Below are positions 25,322 through 33,416 of a DNA stretch of 64,000 nucleotides, piece after piece. The stretch comes from a virus, in the IMG/VR virus record IMGVR_UViG_3300027899_000001, positions 334,373 through 398,372 of that record. One strand, 5' to 3'. Within the stretch, counting starts at the first letter, position 1. Each line of letters starts with the position of its first letter. The position numbers and the translations under genes are program-made. The notes under the pieces are model-generated. The model had not been told where the DNA came from, made no database searches, and was given only the letters and a program-made list of their open reading frames with translations.

Positions 25322-25405
25322 TGCTCTCTGTCGGACTCGAACCGACATCCAACTAAGGCGTGCTCCTAAGGCACGTGCGTCTTAATCCAGTTGCGCCAAG
25401 AGAGC
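25322..25405 (-). tRNA. tRNA-Leu(UAG), class II
   Basis: Acceptor GCTCTCT/AGAGAGC, anticodon stem CGTGC/GCACG with loop CTTAGGA, long variable arm. Confidence 0.65.
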
Positions 25406-25435
25406 AAAAATCAACATGTCAAAGACCTAAAATTG

Positions 25436-25508
25436 TGGAGCAAATTGTATCGAAACAATACCTTATGTTCTTCAGACATACGTGACACACCTATTACACC
25501 ATTGCTCC
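25436..25508 (-). tRNA. tRNA-Phe(GAA)
   Basis: Acceptor GGAGCAA/TTGCTCC, anticodon stem TATGT/ACATA with loop CTGAAGA; the T-loop is atypical. Confidence 0.55.
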
Positions 25509-25570
25509 ATTTATGGCTGGTGATTTGAATCCCATTTAATCGTTCTACCTTAACGAACCATATTTTTTAT

Positions 25571-25656
25571 TTGCTGCCCTGAGTGGATTCGAACCACTAT
25601 CCCAAGTTTCAAAGACTCAGATAATTAACTTTCGCACCTTTATACGACAGGGCAAT
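25571..25656 (-). tRNA. tRNA-like gene with an oversized D-region (possible Gln-like UUG loop); uncertain
   Basis: T-arm AGTGG-TTCGAAT-CCACT and acceptor TGCCCTG/CAGGGCA are convincing, but the D-region is about 25 nt. Confidence 0.3.
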
Positions 25657-25731
25657 AAACTGAGAAATTCGGTTAGAGCATTTTTTCTAATTTCCAGGTT
25701 TCGAAGTATCTCTTTACCTTACTACAGTTTG

Positions 25732-25806
25732 CTGTTCTACCTGGATTCGAACCAGGATGGACCTGGCTTCAGAGGCCAGCGCGATATCCAGTTACGCTAT
25801 AGAACA
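25732..25806 (-). tRNA. tRNA-Gln(CUG)
   Basis: Acceptor TGTTCTA/TAGAACA, anticodon stem CTGGC/GCCAG with loop CTCTGAA, T-arm CCTGG-TTCGAAT-CCAGG. Confidence 0.6.
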
Positions 25807-25883
25807 ATTTAAGTTGAGAAATGTGGAGTGAGTGTCTTTTTTATTAGATTTGCATGTCTTTTACGAAGTAACTCATTTCCTTA

Positions 25884-26549
25884 CTACAACTTTATATTAA
25901 ATATTTTTTCATAATTTTGAATATCTGATAAAAATATCATTTCAATATTATTATAATTACTCAAAATATATCTCATTTTCTTTTTATCTTCTTCTTCATA
26001 TCTTCCTTTAACTTCAAAGAACTTTTTTAAATTTGGACACCAAAAATCTGGATAATATGTGTGAATTTCCCCGAATTCATTTGTCCAAGATAAACCATCA
26101 GAAAAAGGCTTTATCCAATCTTTATCTATAATATTTAAAATAACTGCGAAACGTTTTTCATAGGTTCCTTGTACTTTTATCTTTGTTCCATCAGGTTTTA
26201 TAATTTCATACCATTTACATTTTCCGCCAGTTATCCATCCTTTATTATTTATAGATATTTTTCTTTTTGTTTCTAAATCTCTTGGACCATTTTTTCTTCC
26301 TTTCAATTTAGAAGGTCTTCCTTTTTTAGTATCCCAAACTCTATTTTCAGAATGAATAGCCCAAATATGAAATTTTACGCCTCTAGGATTATCATATTCT
26401 TTTTCACATATTGGACATTTATGAAAACCATTAGGTTGTTTATAAATATTAACTTTATTTTGTCTATTACCACATTTTTCATAATGTTTCTTAAAATTTG
26501 ATAAACTTATTTCTTTATTACATTTATCACAAATTCTTTTATTTACCAT
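25884..26549 (-). CDS. zinc-finger plus PD-(D/E)XK nuclease (paralog of 740..1432)
   Basis: MVNKRICDKCNKEISLSNFKKHYEKCG.. and YYPDFWCPNLKKFFEVKG. Confidence 0.6.
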   Translation of the reverse strand: MVNKRICDKCNKEISLSNFKKHYEKCGNRQNKVNIYKQPNGFHKCPICEKEYDNPRGVKFHIWAIHSENRVWDTKKGRPSKLKGRKNGPRDLETKRKISINNKGWITGGKCKWYEIIKPDGTKIKVQGTYEKRFAVILNIIDKDWIKPFSDGLSWTNEFGEIHTYYPDFWCPNLKKFFEVKGRYEEEDKKKMRYILSNYNNIEMIFLSDIQNYEKIFNIKL

Positions 26550-26673
26550 ATTTTTATTTTATATATTCATATAGTAATTCTTTAATTTACTACTTAATGT
26601 AACACTTGTTCATTACTACATTGCTGAGAAAGCCGAAAAGTGTGTAATTAGCTTTTAACTTTTCCCCCATTTG

Positions 26674-26756
26674 AGACCGAGAAGGGATTCGAACCCTTGT
26701 GAGCTTTCGCTAATGGTTTTGCAGACCATCCTTTTCAACCACTCAAGCACTCAGTC
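26674..26756 (-). tRNA. class II (long variable arm) tRNA with apparent GCA anticodon
   Basis: Acceptor GACTGAG/CTCGGTC, D-arm CTTGAGTGGTTGAAAAG, anticodon stem ATGGT/ACCAT with loop CTGCAAA, variable arm about 14 nt, T-arm AAGGG-TTCGAAT-CCCTT. Confidence 0.5.
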
Positions 26757-26786
26757 AAATTTTATTCCAATATTTCAAATAACTTA

Positions 26787-26830
26787 TAATGCAAATATAA
26801 TACTAATTTCTGAATTAAAAAAATATTTTT
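26787..26830 (-). promoter_or_regulatory. conserved promoter-like motif, copy 7
   Basis: atgcaaatataatactaatttctgaattaaaaaaatatttt. Confidence 0.45.
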
Positions 26831-26941
26831 GCATTTATTTTCTATTTTTTTTACTTATCTTAAAAATTGTATACAAATATAAACAATAATCTTGATATAA
26901 AAAAATAATTTAACACTTATTTTAAAGAACTATATAAACAA

Positions 26942-26966
26942 AGAACCCTCCGTATTTTGGAGGGTT
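26942..26966 (-). terminator. rho-independent terminator (9-bp stem)
   Basis: GAACCCTCCgtatttTGGAGGGTTC followed by TTTGTTTAT in minus-strand sense. Confidence 0.5.
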
Positions 26967-27198
26967 CAGAAAGGAGTATATAATAAATGATATTATTACC
27001 TACGCTTAACTATTCCCTCCGTTTTAACAAAATAACATAACGGTAGCTGCTCGCTAACTTGTGGGAGTTGTTGTGAAAAAGAAGAATATGTAGGTTTCAA
27101 TATCATCACTTAATATTTCTTAATTTTAATATATATCAATGTATATTTGTAAATTATATATACTGAATGCAAAAAGTTTTAAAAAAATGAAAAATAAT

Positions 27199-27420
27199 TT
27201 AATCATTAAAAATTTTAACCAAATATAATGCTTCTTGTCTTTGTAAAAGTTCTTCATTTAATCTATCATGCAGATCTTCTATATTTACTAAACCATTCTT
27301 TTTGGCTGCTTTAACGTAATTATTTATTAGAACCTTACAATTAGTTATCTGATCTTCATTTTGACAAGAATTTATAATTCCTAATATTTTTTTAACTGGT
27401 ACAGAATTTTTATTTTTCAT
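27199..27420 (-). CDS. hypothetical protein
   Basis: 73 aa ORF. Confidence 0.4.
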   Translation of the reverse strand: MKNKNSVPVKKILGIINSCQNEDQITNCKVLINNYVKAAKKNGLVNIEDLHDRLNEELLQRQEALYLVKIFND

Positions 27421-27437
27421 GGCATTATATAATTTTT

Positions 27438-27836
27438 TTATTTCATTGTTATCTTATACGTGTGACTATCATCTAAAGAATACGGAGTTCCTCTTCTAGT
27501 ATAAACACGAACTTCATAAATTCTATCAGACATATTTACACTACTAAAGTCTAATTTTATTTTAACTACTTCTATAGAAATATTTTTAGCCCATTTATAT
27601 GTGTTAAAATTAAAAAAATCACCCGTTATTATTTTTCCTAATAATTTTTGTTTAAATAATTTGCGTAATTGAGCACGTCTTTTTTTAATTATAGTACTAA
27701 TGTCTTTTTGTACATTTGTATAATATATTTCATTTTGATCTCTTAAAATAAAATTCTCTTTGTATCCTATACCCATATCTTTTACTGGATCGGAATCTTC
27801 AACAAATTTTTCATTTATATGTTCTTTAACTATCAT
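27438..27836 (-). CDS. EKF/DMGIG-leader family protein
   Basis: MIVKEHINEKFVEDSDPVKDMGIG...KLLGKIITGDFF. Confidence 0.7.
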   Translation of the reverse strand: MIVKEHINEKFVEDSDPVKDMGIGYKENFILRDQNEIYYTNVQKDISTIIKKRRAQLRKLFKQKLLGKIITGDFFNFNTYKWAKNISIEVVKIKLDFSSVNMSDRIYEVRVYTRRGTPYSLDDSHTYKITMK

Positions 27837-27839
27837 AAT

Positions 27840-28244
27840 TTAAATCATTCTTAATGTATACATATTTTTGTAGTCTTCTAAAACAAAAGAATTTCCATCT
27901 TCATCATATACGCGAACTTCAGAAAGAGTATCACACCCATATCCATCATGAAAACTTACTCTTATTCTAACTACATTTACAGTTTTATTTTTTAGTGGTC
28001 TATAATAATCTCCTTTTTTAACTAAAAAAGTTCCTGTCATTTCTTTACCAACTAGTTTTTCTTTTAATTCTTTACGTAAAGTTTTTCTATATTTTTCTAC
28101 TATCTTTTGAAATTGTTGATATGTGTATGAACCATATTCTTTTTTTGTTTAGAAAAATCATATTCTTCCTTATGACCTATACCCATTTGACGAATAGGAT
28201 CACCTTCTTCTTTAAACTTTTCAAATATATGTTCTTTAACTATC
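27840..28244 (-). pseudogene. EKF/DMGIG-leader family member with a frameshift at an A7 tract (pseudogene, homopolymer error or slippage)
   Basis: The ATG at 28244 gives MIVKEHIFEKFKEEGDPIRQMGIGHKEEYDFSKQKK, then the frame changes at caaaaaaag and continues EYGSYTYQQFQKIVEKYRKTLRKELKEKLVGKEMTGTFLVKK.. into ORF 27840..28040; the joined product resembles 27438..27836 and 28541..28933. Confidence 0.5.
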
Positions 28245-28533
28245 ATGCGGGTATTCTCCAATGTGTTTTTAAAAATTCTTCTTCAGTATTAAAAGTTGTT
28301 ATATCAATATTTTTTGTTATTATAAAATTATACCATAATTGTTCCCATTGATCAACATTTTGTAATTTTCCTGCTTTGTGTCTTTTCATTAGATCTTTTA
28401 CATAATTCCAATTATTTATAATTTCTAAAACAGTTTCATTATGAATTATATATTCAGGCACGGACTGTTGAGCTTGCATATTTTGTTGTCCTGGTCCAAA
28501 GAACGCTTGAAAAAAATGTGGTGGTTGTTGCAT
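28243..28533 (-). CDS. hypothetical Gln-rich protein
   Basis: 96 aa ORF. Confidence 0.4.
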   Translation of the reverse strand: MQQPPHFFQAFFGPGQQNMQAQQSVPEYIIHNETVLEIINNWNYVKDLMKRHKAGKLQNVDQWEQLWYNFIITKNIDITTFNTEEEFLKTHWRIPA

Positions 28534-28540
28534 ATTTATT

Positions 28541-28933
28541 TTATTTAGCTGTTATTACATATTCTTGTTCACCCCAACTAGAGGTATTCATATTATATTT
28601 TCTTCCTTTATTTGATGTTACTATTAATTCTCTTACATATCCATAATCTAAATCTACTACAACTTCAACACTTTTTATTAATAATGATCTTGTCATTTCT
28701 TTATATTCTGTAAAAAAATCACCCGTCACAATTTTTCCAACAAATTTTTCACTCAGTTCTTTTTGTAATGAACTTTCCATTATTTTTAAAAGTTTTCTTT
28801 TTTCTTTATTAAATTTTTTCGCGTGAGTTGTACATAACACTTCCATATCAATTTTTTCTTTGTATCCTATACCCATATCGTGTATAGGATCAGATTGTTC
28901 CTGAAATTTTTCAAATATGAAGTGAGCTTTCAT
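28541..28933 (-). CDS. EKF/DMGIG-leader family protein
   Basis: MKAHFIFEKFQEQSDPIHDMGIG...KFVGKIVTGDFF. Confidence 0.7.
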   Translation of the reverse strand: MKAHFIFEKFQEQSDPIHDMGIGYKEKIDMEVLCTTHAKKFNKEKRKLLKIMESSLQKELSEKFVGKIVTGDFFTEYKEMTRSLLIKSVEVVVDLDYGYVRELIVTSNKGRKYNMNTSSWGEQEYVITAK

Positions 28934-28938
28934 TTAGA

Positions 28939-29715
28939 TTATTTTATTTTGAATAATTTTCTAAATAATCCTCGTGATGCTTTATGAGCATCTGCTTTTG
29001 CTGATAGATTTTCAGGATTTGAATCAGCATCAATAGCAGTCCAAACTTCCCACTGAAATCCCCATTCAGCAAAAGGAAAATAAGTATATCCTTGATCGCC
29101 CCATTCTGCTGTCCATGAATTTCTAATAATAAATTTATCTTTAAGATATCCAGCAACACAAACTGCATGTCCACCTAACATTTCTTGACCAGTAAAATCT
29201 GGTTTCCAAAAATCCATTTTATCTGAATTAAATACTGGAAATGCAATATAACAAGGTCCATTAGCAAATAAAGCTTTTTTAAGTGAATCTACTGTATTGA
29301 TTTGAGCATATCCTTGAATTTTATATTTAGCTGCTTTAAATTTTAATTCTGGCGTAATAGCTTTAAATTGTCCATAAGGATAATCTTTTTCTGTAACAAT
29401 TCCAATCTTATATAAAATATCCATTGTATCTCTTGGTGTCATTCCAGAAGATTCTTGATTTGATCTTAAATTATATACAAATTGAGGTGATAAATATTCT
29501 CTAAGTTCAACATCTGTTAATTCTTCCCATTCTTTAAGTGCTGCTGCAGTTTGTGCAGAGCATGTACCTTGCTGACCTTGATCTCTTACTGGTCTCATTT
29601 GAGGTCTCAAATCCCATATTTCTGGAAGAACTACTCTGTTAGGATATATTGATTCTAACATAAAGTCCCTTTTATCTACGGGAGATTTTTCAAGATTAAA
29701 TAAATACTTTTGCAT
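28939..29715 (-). CDS. papain-like (C1 family) cysteine peptidase
   Basis: QGQQGTCSAQTAA is the catalytic Cys region; GGHAVCVAGY the His region; NSWTAEWGDQGY the Asn/Trp region. It is embedded in the leader-family cluster. Confidence 0.65.
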   Translation of the reverse strand: MQKYLFNLEKSPVDKRDFMLESIYPNRVVLPEIWDLRPQMRPVRDQGQQGTCSAQTAAALKEWEELTDVELREYLSPQFVYNLRSNQESSGMTPRDTMDILYKIGIVTEKDYPYGQFKAITPELKFKAAKYKIQGYAQINTVDSLKKALFANGPCYIAFPVFNSDKMDFWKPDFTGQEMLGGHAVCVAGYLKDKFIIRNSWTAEWGDQGYTYFPFAEWGFQWEVWTAIDADSNPENLSAKADAHKASRGLFRKLFKIK

Positions 29716-29724
29716 ATTATTAAA

Positions 29725-30246
29725 TTATTTTAATTTATCTACTACACTTTTTATTTTTTCTGCGCTTTTTATAATGTGATCTAATGTATCTAAAAAATAT
29801 TGATTAACTGGAGTATACTTATTACGAAAATCTACTGATGATCTTTTGTCTCCTGGCATAATTTCTTTATCTTGCCATATATTATATACTGGTTCAAAAT
29901 ATATTTTTATTGTTCTATATGAATATGAACTTGGAATGCCTGCACCTGTCACTCTATATAATGCCGTAATTATATCTGGAAATTTTACATCATCTTCATA
30001 CCATAATTGATTAGCGCCTTGTTTTACACAAAATTTAATAAGATTTATTCTTTCAAATGTATTTTCTGCATAATGAGTTACTCCGATTACTAATATATCA
30101 TTATATGTTGATTGAGAAGTAATTTCTTCTCTAGAGTATTCCGGAAATTTTTTTAATATTTGAGCAAGTGGACCAATACCCATGTCTTTAATAGGATCTG
30201 ATTCTTCAGAGAATTTTTCATTAAGATATTCACGTACACGGTCCAT
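29725..30246 (-). CDS. EKF/DMGIG-leader family protein
   Basis: MDRVREYLNEKFSEESDPIKDMGIG. Confidence 0.7.
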   Translation of the reverse strand: MDRVREYLNEKFSEESDPIKDMGIGPLAQILKKFPEYSREEITSQSTYNDILVIGVTHYAENTFERINLIKFCVKQGANQLWYEDDVKFPDIITALYRVTGAGIPSSYSYRTIKIYFEPVYNIWQDKEIMPGDKRSSVDFRNKYTPVNQYFLDTLDHIIKSAEKIKSVVDKLK

Positions 30247-30284
30247 GAAGAGATTTTTTATTATATATTCATAGTCCAGAACAG

Positions 30285-30325
30285 CAAAAAACCCTTAGAA
30301 TCATCTAAGGGTTTTATTTTTGAGA
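30285..30325. terminator. bidirectional terminator
   Basis: ACCCTTAGAatcaTCTAAGGGT flanked by an A-run and a T-run. Confidence 0.45.
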
Positions 30326-30476
30326 TAAGGAATACTATTTCTTATCAGGTTTTGGTGTCTCTGAATTGCTTGGAAGCATCTTAGTAAGATCTTCAGGCTT
30401 CATTCCAATGAATTAAAAAAATTTAATGCATTAAGTACCTCAAAAAATTAAATTTTCATTAATATATAAAATAAAG

Positions 30477-31181
30477 ATGAACTACCAAAAAATTTATGAA
30501 TCTATAATTCAAAAAGCTAAATCTGAAAATAGAGTAAAACACAAAGAAGTATATTATGAAAATCATCATATTATGCCTAAATGTTTAGGTGGAAATAACG
30601 ATATATCAAATTTAATTTTATTAACGGCAAAAGAACATTTTATATGTCATAAATTATTAACATATATTTATCCAACGAATAGAAAAATAATATGTGCTTT
30701 ACATATGATGACATATTCTTGTAATGAAAATTCTATTAAATCTTCAAGAGATTATAAATTTGTAAAAGAGCTTTTATCAGATAATAGTAAAGGAAAAAAA
30801 CATCCTATGTTTGGAAAACATCATTCAGAAGATGCAATAAATAAAATGAAAAAACCACATAAAAAATATTCGAAAGATTATATGTTAAGCTTAAAAGAAA
30901 TTCGTAAAGGAGAAAAAAATCCTATGTATGGCAAAAAACAAACTAAAGAATCAAATGAAAAAAATTCTCAATCTCATATAGGAAAAAAACATACAACAGA
31001 AAGTAAGAAAAAAATGTCTATAACTCGTATATCAAAACATTTTAAACATACAGAACAAACAAAAAAGAAACAAGGAGAATGGCAAAAAGGAAAAACATAT
31101 ATAGAACTATATGGAGAAGAAAAGGCATCACAAATGAAAGAAAAACAAAGACTTGCTAAATTACAAAAAAATAGGAAGTAA
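30477..31181 (+). CDS. HNH homing endonuclease (paralog of 37928..38629)
   Basis: YYENHHIMPKCLGGNNDISNLILLTAKEHFICH; opposite strand to the flanking operon. Confidence 0.8.
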   Translation: MNYQKIYESIIQKAKSENRVKHKEVYYENHHIMPKCLGGNNDISNLILLTAKEHFICHKLLTYIYPTNRKIICALHMMTYSCNENSIKSSRDYKFVKELLSDNSKGKKHPMFGKHHSEDAINKMKKPHKKYSKDYMLSLKEIRKGEKNPMYGKKQTKESNEKNSQSHIGKKHTTESKKKMSITRISKHFKHTEQTKKKQGEWQKGKTYIELYGEEKASQMKEKQRLAKLQKNRK

Positions 31182-31210
31182 TTACTTCCTATTTTTAAAT
31201 AAATTTAATT

Positions 31211-32770
31211 TTATTTTTTATCTACTTCTGTTTTTGGTTTAAGCATAGCTATTGCGTCTTCTGGTTTTACTCCTATAAAATTTAATAAAGATGTCATATC
31301 GAAACCTGTTCCTTTTAAACCTTCAAACATTTTAGTAAGTACTTCTACTGGTATAGTTCCAAATTTTGATGTAGCAGAACCTCCTTCTTTTCCAGATCCA
31401 AAATCTACTATTTTAATATCTTTAACATTTCCGAGATGTGATGTACTTGCTGCCATAACTCCTGCAAATTCTTTTATAACATTTGGTCCAAGAGTTTGAA
31501 GAGCTGACAAAACTTCTAAAAAACGGCCAGTTTGATCAAGTTTTGCATAAGCTTCAGCTTTTTCCAATGTACCTTTAGCTTCTGCAGAAAGTTTAGCATA
31601 AATTGCATTACCTTCAGCCTGTCCTTTTTTCGTAATAATAGCAGCTTCACCCTCAGCTTCTGCATTCTTTTTCAACACAATTGCCTTAGCTTCACCTTCT
31701 GCTTTAATACGCTGTGCTTCTCTTTGTCCTTCAGCTTCAAGAATATAAGCCTGTTTTGCCGCATCTGCATTAATGATTTTCTGTTGTTTTTGAGCTTCAG
31801 CTGGAACAATCATTTCAGCTTCATATTGTTTCTGAGTTTTAAGAGCTCTTTGTTCTTGAACAGCAATATTAGCCTTTTCTGCTGCAGCTTCTGTAGCTGC
31901 TCTTGCTTCTACTACATTTTTCATTGCCTGTGCTTGAGATAAAGGACCAGCCTGATTTGCAATTTCATTCTGTCTATCAGTTTCAGCCTTCATTTCAGCC
32001 TTCCTTACATTCATACTTCTATTAGCTTCTGCAATCTTCATTTCATTCTGGTTTGCAGCTTCAACTGCTAGTCTATTAGCATCAGTTGTTTTGATTGTAG
32101 AATCTCTCAAAGCTTCTGCAGTACCAATTTCTGCGTCTCTCTTGATTTCAGCAGTTCTTTTCTTACCAAGGTTAATAATATAACCATCTTTATCAGTTAC
32201 ATTCTGAATGTTAAGAGAATCTACAGTAATACCAAGTTTCTTAAAATCTTCTGATGCATCTTCAAGAACAGCCTGATTAAGTTTTTGCTTGTCACCGATT
32301 AATTCTTCAATAGTCATTTTACCTACTACAGAACGAAGGTGACCTTCAAGATTTTGAAAAATAATTTTATCAACTTCATCATCATCTTTTCCAAGGAATC
32401 TTTCAACTGCGATTTCCAATAGTGCTTTATCACTTGAGAATTTAGTATTAGCTACGCCTTCTACGGTTGTCATAACTCCGTTTTTATTAGGTGCATTATC
32501 CACCTTTATGTTAATTACTCGGTTAGACAAATCCATCATCTGTACTTCTTCCAAAAAAGGAAGCTTAAATACACCGCCACCTGTGATAAGACGATATCCT
32601 TTCGTGCCACCGCCCGCGGCTTTATTTTTTCTACCATAAAGAACAGCAGCTTTATTAGGAGCGATTCGAATATAGTTTTTTACTAGTATGGCTATTAATC
32701 CTACTAAAACTATAATGGAAACAAGCGTGATAGCTGCAACAACTAACATTGATTTTGCTTCTGGGTTCAT
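31211..32770 (-). CDS. SPFH/band-7 (flotillin/YqiK-like) protein
   Basis: N-terminal TM helix, SPFH core, then a long Ala/Glu/Lys-rich coiled-coil region. Confidence 0.7.
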   Translation of the reverse strand: MNPEAKSMLVVAAITLVSIIVLVGLIAILVKNYIRIAPNKAAVLYGRKNKAAGGGTKGYRLITGGGVFKLPFLEEVQMMDLSNRVINIKVDNAPNKNGVMTTVEGVANTKFSSDKALLEIAVERFLGKDDDEVDKIIFQNLEGHLRSVVGKMTIEELIGDKQKLNQAVLEDASEDFKKLGITVDSLNIQNVTDKDGYIINLGKKRTAEIKRDAEIGTAEALRDSTIKTTDANRLAVEAANQNEMKIAEANRSMNVRKAEMKAETDRQNEIANQAGPLSQAQAMKNVVEARAATEAAAEKANIAVQEQRALKTQKQYEAEMIVPAEAQKQQKIINADAAKQAYILEAEGQREAQRIKAEGEAKAIVLKKNAEAEGEAAIITKKGQAEGNAIYAKLSAEAKGTLEKAEAYAKLDQTGRFLEVLSALQTLGPNVIKEFAGVMAASTSHLGNVKDIKIVDFGSGKEGGSATSKFGTIPVEVLTKMFEGLKGTGFDMTSLLNFIGVKPEDAIAMLKPKTEVDKK

Positions 32771-32802
32771 TTGTTTATTTGTATTTAGTTAATATAAGAA
32801 AT

Positions 32803-33327
32803 TTAGATTTTTTCAACGATAAGTAAACCTTCTTGTGCTTCAATAACTTTAACAGTTTGGCTTTTTCTTAAAGGCTTGTCACTTTTATCTTTACATGTAT
32901 AATATAAATTATCTACATAAATTTCACCAAGACCTTGATCGCCTGAAGCAATTGTTATAGTTCCTGATTTTCCTACAAGATTTTTTGCATCTTTCACTTC
33001 TCCTGCCTGTTGACTATAAAAGGCTTTAATTATTAGAAAAGCAAAAAACATCATTACAAATCCTATTAAAAATCCCAAGAATAGTTGTCCGCCTATACTC
33101 CAATTAAGAAGAGTTTTAGCACATATACCAGCTACTCCAAATCCTGCTAGAAAAGCAGAAATAGTACGAATAGAAAATAGACCAGGAGAATCTGTGTCTG
33201 TATCTGCATGTCCATCAAAATCGTGATGGAAATCAAAATGTGTATCAAAATCGTGGTCTATGCCACCGAAGATTGCTAGAGAAAATACTACCAATCCTAC
33301 AATAAGAAATACTAAATAAAGTGTCAT
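32803..33327 (-). CDS. NfeD-like membrane protein (SPFH partner)
   Basis: N-terminal TM helices and C-terminal OB-like soluble beta-domain (GKSGTITIASGDQGLGEIYVDN...); lies immediately downstream of the SPFH gene. Confidence 0.6.
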   Translation of the reverse strand: MTLYLVFLIVGLVVFSLAIFGGIDHDFDTHFDFHHDFDGHADTDTDSPGLFSIRTISAFLAGFGVAGICAKTLLNWSIGGQLFLGFLIGFVMMFFAFLIIKAFYSQQAGEVKDAKNLVGKSGTITIASGDQGLGEIYVDNLYYTCKDKSDKPLRKSQTVKVIEAQEGLLIVEKI

Positions 33328-33416
33328 TTTTCGTTTGTTTTTAATTATTAAATGTTATGTAAATATAAACATTATTCTTGATGTGAAATAATAGTTTTTG
33401 TTAATGTTATGTTAAT

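Noticed and set aside
31532-31942. Plus-strand ORF inside the SPFH gene (136 aa, Phe/Ser/Cys-rich)
   Set aside because: Antisense to a well-supported gene. Low-complexity product from the rc of an Ala/Glu/Lys-rich coiled-coil region.
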